From assembly GCA_049472355.1 (NCBI GenBank), contig JBLIRP010000022.1:1-44021 (forward strand): DNA of 44,021 bases. The letters are read 5' to 3'. Both the position numbers and the translations under genes were made by a program. The notes beneath the pieces were generated by a model. That model saw only the letters and a program-made list of their open reading frames with translations, was not told the DNA's origin and searched no databases. Source of the stretch: a bacterium. Its GTDB lineage: Bacteria; SZUA-182; DTGQ01; JAFGSM01. Below, one piece after another: positions 35,854-44,021 of this stretch (within the stretch, counting starts at the first letter, position 1; each line of letters starts with the position of its first letter).

Positions 35854-37893
35854 TTGAGCATGCTCGGGGGGGATGGGGTGTCAGAGATCATAGACTTCAA
35901 CAAGGAAACCGCAGTTCGAAAATCTCCGAAGGGTGCACTGTATGCAGGGCATGATTTCATCATCAACCTTGTCCAGGCGTCGCCCACCTTTATTGTCGCC
36001 ATAGATCCGGAGGGAAAGACCCTCTTCATGAACGACTCCCTGTTGAGGGTGCTGGGACATACCATCGAGGAGGTGGTCGGCACCCCCTGCTTCACCACAT
36101 TCGTGTCCGAGTCCCCCGGCCTGAGTATATACACGGATCCGGAACAGACAGTATCGCCCAAGGGGCCCATGTTTTTCGAATATTGTCTCGCGGCCCATGA
36201 TGGACGGAGCCTGTTTGTGGAATGGAACGTCCACCCGGTTTTCAAGGAAAACGGAGAGATCGAATATTTCATCGGGGTGGGGATCGATGTCACTCAAAAA
36301 AGGCGCGTCGAAAAGGCCCTGCAGGAAAATGAGGCACGCTATCGGATACTGGCGGAAAATGTCATTGACGTCATCTGGACCATGGATCTCGACATGCATT
36401 TTACCTATCTCAGTCCCTCGGTCACCCGCCTTCTCGGCTACCATCTCAACCAGATATCATCCCTGAGCCTGGAGCACCTCCTTTCATCATCCTCCCTGGA
36501 GGCGGCCATGAAAATCCTGGCAGAGGAGATGGCCATAGAACAATCACCTCAGAAGGACATCTTCAGGACACGGATGTTCGAACTCGAGCTTGTCTGCAAG
36601 GACGGCTCAACGGTATGGACCGAGAACAAGGTGAGGTTTCTTTACGATTCGAACAGCCGGGCCATGGGCATCCTGGGGGTCACCCGAGACATCACCGAAC
36701 GGAAAAGGTCGGAACAGGAGAAGGAGATCATTCAGACACAGCTCCTCCAGGCAAAAAAGATGGAGGCAGTAGGGATACTTGCAGGCGGCATTGCGCACGA
36801 TTTCAATAATCTGTTGATGGTCATCCTTGGGTACAGCGAACTGCTCGCTTCACGGCTCCCCCCCGGCACCCCCCTTATCAATGATATCGACGCAATCAAA
36901 AAGGCGGTGGATCGTGGTTCCGCCCTCACCAGACAGTTGCTGACCGTGAGCAGAAAAGGGATCATGCAATCAACGGTGTTCGATGTCAACGCCATTGTCG
37001 GAGACATGGAAAAGCTGCTGAGACGACTCATCGGTGAGGACATCCATCTGGTAAGCAGCCTGGTACCAGGGCCCACCTGCGTGAAGGGTGATCCCGGCCA
37101 GCTTGGCCAGGTGATCATGAATCTTGCTGCAAACGCCAGGGACAGCATGCCCTATGGCGGCACCCTTACCATCACCACCGGCACCGTAACCCTGGATGCC
37201 GACCAGTGCAGGTGCATACCCGATTCCCGGCCCGGGACATTCGTGCACCTTACGGTCAGGGACACCGGCACAGGCATGGACGAGGAGACCCTCCAGCATA
37301 TCTTCGATCCCTTCTTTACCACAAAGGGACACGGTAAGGGCACCGGGCTCGGCCTTTCCATCGTGTATGGTATCGTAAAACAGCACGACGGATGGATCAA
37401 CGTCTCCAGCGAGACGGGACAGGGGACCACCTTCAGCATCCATCTCCCCGGCTTTTCCGAAGAATTCCAGGAAAAATCAGGCAGCAAGGTCCCGGCCTGC
37501 CCGCTCCGGGGCAACAGGGAGGGGATCCTCCTGGTGGAGGATGAAGACGAGGTCCGGGAATTCATCGAAAAGGCCCTTCACCTCAACGGGTATGAGGTCT
37601 TTGCTACCTCGAATGTCCAGGAGGCACTGAATGTCTTCCAAAGGCAGGGGAAACGGATCGATCTGCTCCTGAGCGACGTGGTGCTGCCCGACGGCACCGG
37701 CATCCAGCTTGCCGATCGGCTGGCAGCCCGCAATCCCGCGCTCCAGGTACTCCTGAGCAGCGGGTATACCGAACAGAAGTCCCAATGGGATACCATATCC
37801 ACGAAGGGATACGGCTTCCTTCAAAAGCCCTACCAACTGTCGGCGCTCCTCAATGCGCTCCAGAGGGCGCTCGCCCCTCAATCAATAACGTAA
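35854..37893 (+). CDS. Hybrid PAS-PAS histidine kinase with receiver domain
   Basis: Two PAS/PAC domains, LAGGIAHDFNNLL, MNLAANARD, DTGTGM, FDPFFTTK..GKGTGLGL and receiver LLVEDE/LLSDVVLP. Start uncertain. Confidence 0.94.
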   Translation: MSMLGGDGVSEIIDFNKETAVRKSPKGALYAGHDFIINLVQASPTFIVAIDPEGKTLFMNDSLLRVLGHTIEEVVGTPCFTTFVSESPGLSIYTDPEQTVSPKGPMFFEYCLAAHDGRSLFVEWNVHPVFKENGEIEYFIGVGIDVTQKRRVEKALQENEARYRILAENVIDVIWTMDLDMHFTYLSPSVTRLLGYHLNQISSLSLEHLLSSSSLEAAMKILAEEMAIEQSPQKDIFRTRMFELELVCKDGSTVWTENKVRFLYDSNSRAMGILGVTRDITERKRSEQEKEIIQTQLLQAKKMEAVGILAGGIAHDFNNLLMVILGYSELLASRLPPGTPLINDIDAIKKAVDRGSALTRQLLTVSRKGIMQSTVFDVNAIVGDMEKLLRRLIGEDIHLVSSLVPGPTCVKGDPGQLGQVIMNLAANARDSMPYGGTLTITTGTVTLDADQCRCIPDSRPGTFVHLTVRDTGTGMDEETLQHIFDPFFTTKGHGKGTGLGLSIVYGIVKQHDGWINVSSETGQGTTFSIHLPGFSEEFQEKSGSKVPACPLRGNREGILLVEDEDEVREFIEKALHLNGYEVFATSNVQEALNVFQRQGKRIDLLLSDVVLPDGTGIQLADRLAARNPALQVLLSSGYTEQKSQWDTISTKGYGFLQKPYQLSALLNALQRALAPQSIT

Positions 37894-37954
37894 GGCGTCC
37901 GGCACCGAACGAGAATGGATATGCCCGAACATCCCCGCCCCGGGACCGGGACAA

Positions 37955-38995
37955 TCAGGTATCCTCCATGTGATGGGGCCGAATAACCACCTTGAGGGAG
38001 TCATGCGCCTCAGCAACGACCCTGAACGCATCGCCGATACGGTCAAGCGGGAACCGGTGGGTAATCATCTCCCCCACATTCACCTTTTTGAGATGGATCA
38101 ATGCAAGGGCCGCTGCATAATCCTCCTGTGACCCCGCATACGAGCTGGTAAGGGTGATCTCCGTTCGCCAGAAGATCTCATTGGGACGGAGGGGTATCTC
38201 CACATCCCTGTCGGTAACGGCGAAAAACATGATGGTTCCCCCGCGGTCAATGGACTGGAGCGCCTGGTGCACCGCGGCTGCGGCACCGGTGCACAGGATG
38301 ATCACATCCGCGCCGCGCCCCTCGTTCGCCTTCCTGACCAGTGCCGGGATGTCATCGTCTGCGGCAAAGGTGACGTCCGCCCCGAAATGGTGTGCCTGCT
38401 CGAGCCGGAATGGATTCACATCCGTGGCAATGATCCTCCCTGCCCCGAGCATTCGGGCGACCTGGATGTGGAGAAGGCCCGCCATGCCGCTTCCCGCTAC
38501 CATGAGGGTCCTTCCCGCATAGTTCCCGATGATCCTGTGGGCACGCCAGACACAGGCGAGAGGCTCGACAAAGGTGGCCTCATCGAAGCCCACATCCCCG
38601 GGGAGCAGGAATGTGCCCCGCTCCACATTGATCCGGGGAACGCGGACATACTCGCTGAACCCGCCCGGATCAAAGGTGGTGGTGAGGAGTGTCTTGCACA
38701 CGGTGTGATGACCGCCTATGCAGTAGTGGCACCTCCCGCAGGGGACATGATGTGCAACGCACACCCGGTCGCCTTGTGCGAACCTGGTCTCCCCCTCCCC
38801 TGCGTCAACGACCTGCCCCGCGATCTCATGTCCGAGCACCAGGGGGACCCTGTCCAGGCGGTACCATTCGAGCAGGTCGCTCCCGCATATTCCGCTCGCC
38901 ATGACCTTTACGAGCAGCTCACCCGGGCCGACGGCCGGTACCGGCACATCTTCGATCCGCACGTCACTGTTGCTGTAATACATCCCGACCTTCAT
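37955..38995 (-). CDS. Zinc-dependent (MDR) alcohol/polyol dehydrogenase
   Basis: GICGSD, GHE, CGRCHYC......C, EPLAC and GSGMAG. Start trimmed to MKVGMYY. Confidence 0.93.
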   Translation of the reverse strand: MKVGMYYSNSDVRIEDVPVPAVGPGELLVKVMASGICGSDLLEWYRLDRVPLVLGHEIAGQVVDAGEGETRFAQGDRVCVAHHVPCGRCHYCIGGHHTVCKTLLTTTFDPGGFSEYVRVPRINVERGTFLLPGDVGFDEATFVEPLACVWRAHRIIGNYAGRTLMVAGSGMAGLLHIQVARMLGAGRIIATDVNPFRLEQAHHFGADVTFAADDDIPALVRKANEGRGADVIILCTGAAAAVHQALQSIDRGGTIMFFAVTDRDVEIPLRPNEIFWRTEITLTSSYAGSQEDYAAALALIHLKKVNVGEMITHRFPLDRIGDAFRVVAEAHDSLKVVIRPHHMEDT

Positions 38996-39233
38996 GGGGC
39001 TATTGTATGCCCTTTCATCCGCCTGTTGCAAGCATCAATCCGCCGTATCTGCCAAATACATTCTGTGGAATACGGCATTGTAGCCGCTGCCCCTCGATGA
39101 TTTTTTACCGGACCATGACATTCTGATATACTGCACATGGCAAAAAGGGATTCACAGCGACGCATCTCAACGCGAGGAGACAGCAGAACTGGAAGCACTC
39201 GAGGCAATCCCATAAGGGGAGGAGAGGTTTTGT

Positions 39234-40379
39234 ATGCCGCGACATAGCGCTCACTGCCTCACCAGGCATGGAGCAGGAAGCAGTGTACAATGGGATGACT
39301 GGGAATGGCAGTTCTCCCAAAGGATTACCGATGTAGAACAGTTATCCCTCCCGTGGCTGACCCAGGATAAACGGTCCGCCCTCATGGAGGTATGCGCACG
39401 GTTTCCTATGGCCGTTACACCCTACTACCTTTCGTTGGCGGACCCTGACGACCCCGAGGATCCGATCATACGGCAGGTCCTCCCCTCGATCCATGAACTC
39501 GTCCCTGCATCTGCCGCATCCGTCGACCCCTTGCGCGAGGAGGAAAACACGCCGGTGAAAGGGCTGACCCACCGGTACCCGGACCGGGCATTGTTCGTTG
39601 TCACCAACGTATGCGCGGCATATTGCCGGCACTGCACACGTAAACGAAAATGGAACAGGGGATTCGGTGGGACCTTGACCGCACCCGAGGTCACGCGTGC
39701 CGTCGCATACCTGCGCGGCCATCCCGAAATCAGGGATGTGCTTGTCTCCGGCGGGGATCCCCTCTGCCTGCCCCTCCCCCTCCTTGCACTCATCCTCGAG
39801 CAGGTCCGCGTGATATCCCACGTTGAGATCATCCGCATTGGGACACGCATTCCGGTGGTGCTCCCTCAGCGGATCACCCCCTCCCTTCTGGATGTCCTGG
39901 AGAGAAACGGACCCCTCTGGGTGAACACGCAGTTCAACCACCCCCGGGAGGTCACCGAAGAGTCCGCCCGTGCGTGTGACATGCTGCTGCGCAGGGGAAT
40001 ACCGGTGAGCAATCAAACCGTACTCCTGAGGGGGATCAACGACCGCCCCGACATCATCGAGGAGTTGAACCGGGCGCTGCTCCGGATCAAGGTCAGGCCG
40101 TACTACCTTTTCCAGTGCGATCCGGTTGCCGGGACGGATCATTTCAGGACCAGCATATGGACCGGGGTGACAATCATGGAGCATCTCAGGGGAAGGGTAT
40201 CGGGGCTTGCCATACCCCACTTCGTGATCGACCTGCCCGGGGGAGGCGGAAAGGTGCCGTTGCTGCCCGACTACATCGTCTCACAGGACGATCAGCAGAT
40301 CACCTTCCGGAACTATGAAGGGAGATTGTTCGCGCATCGCGAGCCTCGAGCCTCCGAAGGGGGGAACCCGTCCTTATAA
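39234..40379 (+). CDS. KamA family radical SAM/PLP aminomutase (lysine 2,3-aminomutase-like)
   Basis: W.DW.WQ, LTHRYPDR, CAAYCRHCTRKR, SGGDP, RIGTR, FNHP.E, PYYLFQCD and GGGGK. Confidence 0.92.
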   Translation: MPRHSAHCLTRHGAGSSVQWDDWEWQFSQRITDVEQLSLPWLTQDKRSALMEVCARFPMAVTPYYLSLADPDDPEDPIIRQVLPSIHELVPASAASVDPLREEENTPVKGLTHRYPDRALFVVTNVCAAYCRHCTRKRKWNRGFGGTLTAPEVTRAVAYLRGHPEIRDVLVSGGDPLCLPLPLLALILEQVRVISHVEIIRIGTRIPVVLPQRITPSLLDVLERNGPLWVNTQFNHPREVTEESARACDMLLRRGIPVSNQTVLLRGINDRPDIIEELNRALLRIKVRPYYLFQCDPVAGTDHFRTSIWTGVTIMEHLRGRVSGLAIPHFVIDLPGGGGKVPLLPDYIVSQDDQQITFRNYEGRLFAHREPRASEGGNPSL

Positions 40380-40579
40380 ACGAACCACTGCGTACTCATA
40401 TGACTGAAGCCACGCATCCTGTTCGGGCACAGACCGATGTATCGACCTCATCCCCCTTTAACTTTCTAAGATGTTTTAGGATACCCTGTGAACCGGTTTT
40501 CTTGACAGGGAGAATGTAATGTAGCACTGTATATTTACAAAGTGAATGTTAAAAAGGTAAAGCAAAAAGGGATTATGCC

Positions 40580-40915
40580 ATGAGAACGAAGGTTTCTTCA
40601 AAGGCACAGGTTTCAATACCGGCAGCTATTCGTAAGGAATTTAAAATCAAGCCAAATTCACAGTTGGAATGGATCGTAGAAAACGGCCTTATCACCGTTA
40701 TTCCTATAGGGGAAGAGCCGGTTGCCGTATTTCGAGGTCGTGGCAAAGGATCTTATTCTACCGCTCGACTCATAGCTGAAAGAAAGGAAGAGCGTAAGGA
40801 AGAAGATGAGGGAAACTTCCGTATGGTTACACAACCTTCCATTCAAGCAGCTATGAGAAGCCCTTGCGCAGTATATCATCAAGGCCCCTGTCAGCCGGAA
40901 GCGGATGATAAATGA
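40580..40915 (+). CDS. AbrB/MazE/SpoVT family antitoxin-like DNA-binding protein with an aberrant C-terminal tail
   Basis: KVSSKAQVSIPAAIRKEFKIKPNSQLEW...ITVIP, then FRG....ST..LI.ER.EE typical of VapB-type antitoxins. The last ~30 aa look foreign. Confidence 0.75.
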   Translation: MRTKVSSKAQVSIPAAIRKEFKIKPNSQLEWIVENGLITVIPIGEEPVAVFRGRGKGSYSTARLIAERKEERKEEDEGNFRMVTQPSIQAAMRSPCAVYHQGPCQPEADDK

Positions 40916-41175
40916 CAGTGAAAACCAAAAGGTGGTTTACAACATCATTGCCATCCATAGTCTTGTCTAAATCCCTATTTCTTACATGCATGCCTTAGGA
41001 AGGCTCCTGCATAACCAATTAAAATATTCTTCGTCAATTTATATTATATATTTATTTTTGTGTCTACTGCATCAAAAGGAGATAGAGAAAGGCAGGTGGT
41101 TCAAAGGGAACAAAAAATGCAAAATAAATTGCAGGATTCTCCCCAAGTCTAAATGCGTACGAGGGAGGTTAGGCG

Positions 41176-42984
41176 ATGAAAAAGGTTTTCAAATTTGTTC
41201 TCTTGACCTTTACACTGAGTTTTTGTCTATTGGTCTTTAGTTCCCTGTCACAATGCCAATCGTGGTATCCACCATATATGCAAAACCCATATTCTCAATC
41301 AGGATATTATTTGTCACCCCCGATCTACAGTAATATTAATAGCGGCGTATATTACGGAGGCTCTTCCACGGGATATTATCCCTATCCCTCAAACTATATG
41401 CCGAATCTGACGTCCGGTTCAGCCTATCTTCCTGCAGAGCTCCACTTGGCTTATTCGGTGGCGGACGGAGACTACATCTACGTATTGTATCAGAACATGA
41501 CCACAAGCACCGGCACTGGTGGGATTGCGGGTGAAGCCGGATTGGCGATTTTTGAGGCATCCGGATCCGACGACTATGACTATGTTTCCCATATTGCCCT
41601 TTACAAAGGGGGTTCGGCATCCGGCATTGTCCCAATCCCTCTTGGAATCGTCATTCAAGATGATCTGGCCGTAATCGGTGCTGCCAAAGGGACAATCTAT
41701 TTCGTGGATATATCCGATAAGGATGATCCCGAGCTTATCAACGAGTTGGTTATCATTGACATTGACGATGACTATTACTCCAGCCTGAGTGATGCGTATC
41801 CTTTAGCCATGAAAGACGATGTGCTTTTTGTAGTAACGAGTGAAGGTGTAATGGGTGAAGGCGCCGAGACCACCATCCATGCCTATGACATTTCCAATCC
41901 TGATGACACTGATGAAGACGACGATTTGGATTCCTACACCATAGATGATTTCGACATTCACACGATGGTTATTGATTCCGGATATCTTTATGTCGCAGGC
42001 AATGAGGCAAATGATGAGCCCTCGATCCTTGTGTTCGATATATCGGATCCGGAACATCTCTCTTTGGAAAAGACCTTTACCGATTTGGACGGAGATGACT
42101 ATTCACATGTGAGTCTGGCAGTGAACGGGGACTACCTCTTTGCAACAGTCGGCCTTGATGAAGATTCCTCGGATTATGAAGACCATGGTTTCAAATTCAA
42201 GATAATCAATATCAGCAATCCGGAAAACCCAGCCCTGGTGTATTCTTCCGGCAGGCTGGAGGGGGTTCCCCTGCCCGATCAAAAAAACATTGCCTGTTCC
42301 GGCAACCATGTCTTTTTATTGACCACGATCGGGGATTATGGGGCTTGGATATCAGGGGCGACCTGGTGGTTGAATGCAGGTTCATTTGAGTCCAAGGTCC
42401 ATGTCTTTGATGTAACCGATCCGCCAAACGCAGACCAGGTGGAGACAAGCAGCAAATATGATGGCGCCGGAAGGGGGCTGTATGTTGTTGCGACCGATAG
42501 ATTGTGCCTTCATACCGACACCGAATTGATAATTTTTGATATTTCAGATCCCACGGACCTGTCTTTAGAGGGAACGGTGAACATTTATAGCATCATGGAC
42601 GGCAAGCTCGATGATTCTTACCAATATTATTATGGCATGGCATCCACTCCTTCTTATGGCTATTACGGCTCACCGTATATCTACAACAACGGCTATAGAA
42701 ATGCCGCCTTTAGTGGATACAATACCTATCCCCTTCCCTATACTAATTATTTCAACTACCCTTCGTATCCCGTCAATGCCAGTTATAGATATGGAAATTA
42801 TATGGGTGGTATTTATCCAGGTGGTTATGGTTACAACAGGGGATATTACAACTATGGTCCGGGATATGGGCCATCATTCAATGTCGGCTATCCCAATTAT
42901 GGCACTGGTAATCTCCGCCCCTATGGCGGGTTTTATAACTATCCCTCAGGTTATGGCTATCAACGACCCTATGGCATTTGGTAA
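41176..42984 (+). CDS. Secreted acidic LVIVD-repeat (beta-propeller) protein with Tyr/Gly/Pro/Asn-rich termini
   Basis: GGAGGT RBS. Signal peptide ending SQC|Q. Repeated (F/Y)DIS(D/N)P blades (YFVDISDK, AYDISNP, VFDISDP, IINISNP, VFDVTDP, IFDISDP). Tyr-rich ends. Confidence 0.85.
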   Translation: MKKVFKFVLLTFTLSFCLLVFSSLSQCQSWYPPYMQNPYSQSGYYLSPPIYSNINSGVYYGGSSTGYYPYPSNYMPNLTSGSAYLPAELHLAYSVADGDYIYVLYQNMTTSTGTGGIAGEAGLAIFEASGSDDYDYVSHIALYKGGSASGIVPIPLGIVIQDDLAVIGAAKGTIYFVDISDKDDPELINELVIIDIDDDYYSSLSDAYPLAMKDDVLFVVTSEGVMGEGAETTIHAYDISNPDDTDEDDDLDSYTIDDFDIHTMVIDSGYLYVAGNEANDEPSILVFDISDPEHLSLEKTFTDLDGDDYSHVSLAVNGDYLFATVGLDEDSSDYEDHGFKFKIINISNPENPALVYSSGRLEGVPLPDQKNIACSGNHVFLLTTIGDYGAWISGATWWLNAGSFESKVHVFDVTDPPNADQVETSSKYDGAGRGLYVVATDRLCLHTDTELIIFDISDPTDLSLEGTVNIYSIMDGKLDDSYQYYYGMASTPSYGYYGSPYIYNNGYRNAAFSGYNTYPLPYTNYFNYPSYPVNASYRYGNYMGGIYPGGYGYNRGYYNYGPGYGPSFNVGYPNYGTGNLRPYGGFYNYPSGYGYQRPYGIW

Positions 42985-43061
42985 TAAGGCCGATTACTCG
43001 TAGGCATGCAATTATTGATGACTGATATTTTTTCATATTGATTCATTGGCATGAAATCGAC

Positions 43062-43157
43062 TGAAGCTCCCTGAAGCAAGCTGCAGGGAGCTTCAAATGT
43101 AAGGTGGTCATTATTTGATTGTAATTCGCGTGCTAACCCCGCAGCAAGCTGCGGGGT
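43062..43157. repeat. Twin-palindrome element (family C)
   Basis: TGAAGCTCCCTG-AAGCAAGCTG-CAGGGAGCTTCA (43062-43095) and ACCCCGCAGC-AA-GCTGCGGGGT (43136-43157). Confidence 0.75.
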
Positions 43158-43356
43158 ATCTCGTGTGAAAATATCTTTATATCAAAGCAAGCTTCGGGTA
43201 ATTAAAAACAAAGAGATTAAGAAACTGACCTTCTCTGCGCCTGCAGACAGAAAAAGGGAAACAGTGAGTGTCTCATTCCATCTGAAGGCGTAAATATAAT
43301 GGAAGTTAAGGTCCTCGGGGCTTTTTCCGGCGGATTCAGATCGCTGCCGAAGGCAC

Positions 43357-44021
43357 TTATTGAAAAGCACTTATAGAAATGAAGCAACCTGCGTCATTGA
43401 CAACTCCTAAGTCTTCCGGTGCGGATACTATTATGAGCTTCGTAAGAAATATGTCGGAAGCACCGGCTGATGTATGCCTATCCGTGCCTGCGCTCGGGTC
43501 TAAATCAACGGTGCCGGTAAAAAAACCCGTCAAATAGATGTTCCCGATGCTGTCAACAGTGACAAACTCTACTAGATCATCGCCTGTCCCACCCATGGTC
43601 TTCGTCCACCCGTACGTGCCGTCCGAATTGATCTTTGTAAGGAAGATATCCGCACTACCGGCCGATGAATGGTGGTCCGTGGTGTTTGGGTCCGGATCGA
43701 AATCAGTATGCTCATAAAAGAATCCTGCAAAATAGATGCTCCCGCTACTGTCCACGGTAACGGAGTTGGACATATTTCTGTGAGCCCCGCCCATGGTCTT
43801 CGTCCATCCGTAGGTGCCATCGAAATTGATCCTTGTAAGGAAGATGTCTGAAAGACCGGCTGATGTATGGCTGTCCACGGTGTTTGGGTCAGGGTCAAAA
43901 TCAGTGGTGTCATAAAAACAACCCGTCAAATAGATATTACCGATGCTGTCAACAGTGCCAGACGAAGCATAATCAATGCCTGGCCCGCCCATGGTCTTCG
44001 TCCACCCATAGGTGCCGTCGG
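43357..44021 (-). CDS. 3' part of an SBBP-like beta-propeller repeat protein with C-terminal GCFI motif (partial)
   Basis: 66-aa repeats (W.KTMGG...D....VTVDS.G.IY.TG.F....DFDP.P....HTSAG..DIFLTKI) with a DNA period of 198 bp (anchors 43593, 43791, 43989). Ends DAGCFISISAFQ. Confidence 0.85.
   Translation of the reverse strand, partial: DGTYGWTKTMGGPGIDYASSGTVDSIGNIYLTGCFYDTTDFDPDPNTVDSHTSAGLSDIFLTRINFDGTYGWTKTMGGAHRNMSNSVTVDSSGSIYFAGFFYEHTDFDPDPNTTDHHSSAGSADIFLTKINSDGTYGWTKTMGGTGDDLVEFVTVDSIGNIYLTGFFTGTVDLDPSAGTDRHTSAGASDIFLTKLIIVSAPEDLGVVNDAGCFISISAFQ

Noticed and set aside
39140..39215. Riboswitch upstream of the KamA-family gene (GGGATT...AATCCC pairing)
   Set aside because: No lysine or SAM riboswitch consensus is recognisable, and a 6-bp pairing can arise by chance.
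43357..44021. DGR template/variable repeat pair
   Set aside because: The 198-bp repeats are in-frame propeller blades, differences are not adenine-specific, and there is no reverse transcriptase in the window.

Overview
A 44-kb bacterial chromosomal segment, mostly GC-rich, with gene content reminiscent of Desulfobacterota-like anaerobes (lineage not determinable here). The housekeeping backbone is hup, a PfkB kinase, a DHH-CBS tRNA nucleotidyltransferase, scpA, pyrK-pyrD-recJ-rel, rpmB, a GspN-like gene, a class-V aminotransferase plus serA, mnmG, a TIGR01212 radical SAM, glgA, ubiE/menG, lsrF, a Zn-dependent dehydrogenase, a KamA-family radical SAM and two histidine kinases. Three things stand out. 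(1) A probable selenoprotein that the ORF track splits in two: a secreted DUF1573/Ig-like protein with an in-frame TGA in a U-G-C motif, followed by a well-placed SECIS-like hairpin, divergent from a cNMP/degenerate-AAA+/membrane-ferredoxin fusion gene. (2) Five dispersed secreted proteins containing strongly low-complexity blocks (GLYGG, VPVP, GPGGG, AGFAPFGQP, Tyr-rich, and a hidden 14-residue repeat). Four of them start with Gln after the predicted signal peptide and two share a putative C-terminal beta-barrel. They may form an uncharacterised extracellular structural-protein system. (3) Three distinct families of short palindromic intergenic repeats. No CRISPR array, tRNA, rRNA or intact mobile element was recognised. 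All family calls come from motif recognition by eye, not database searches.
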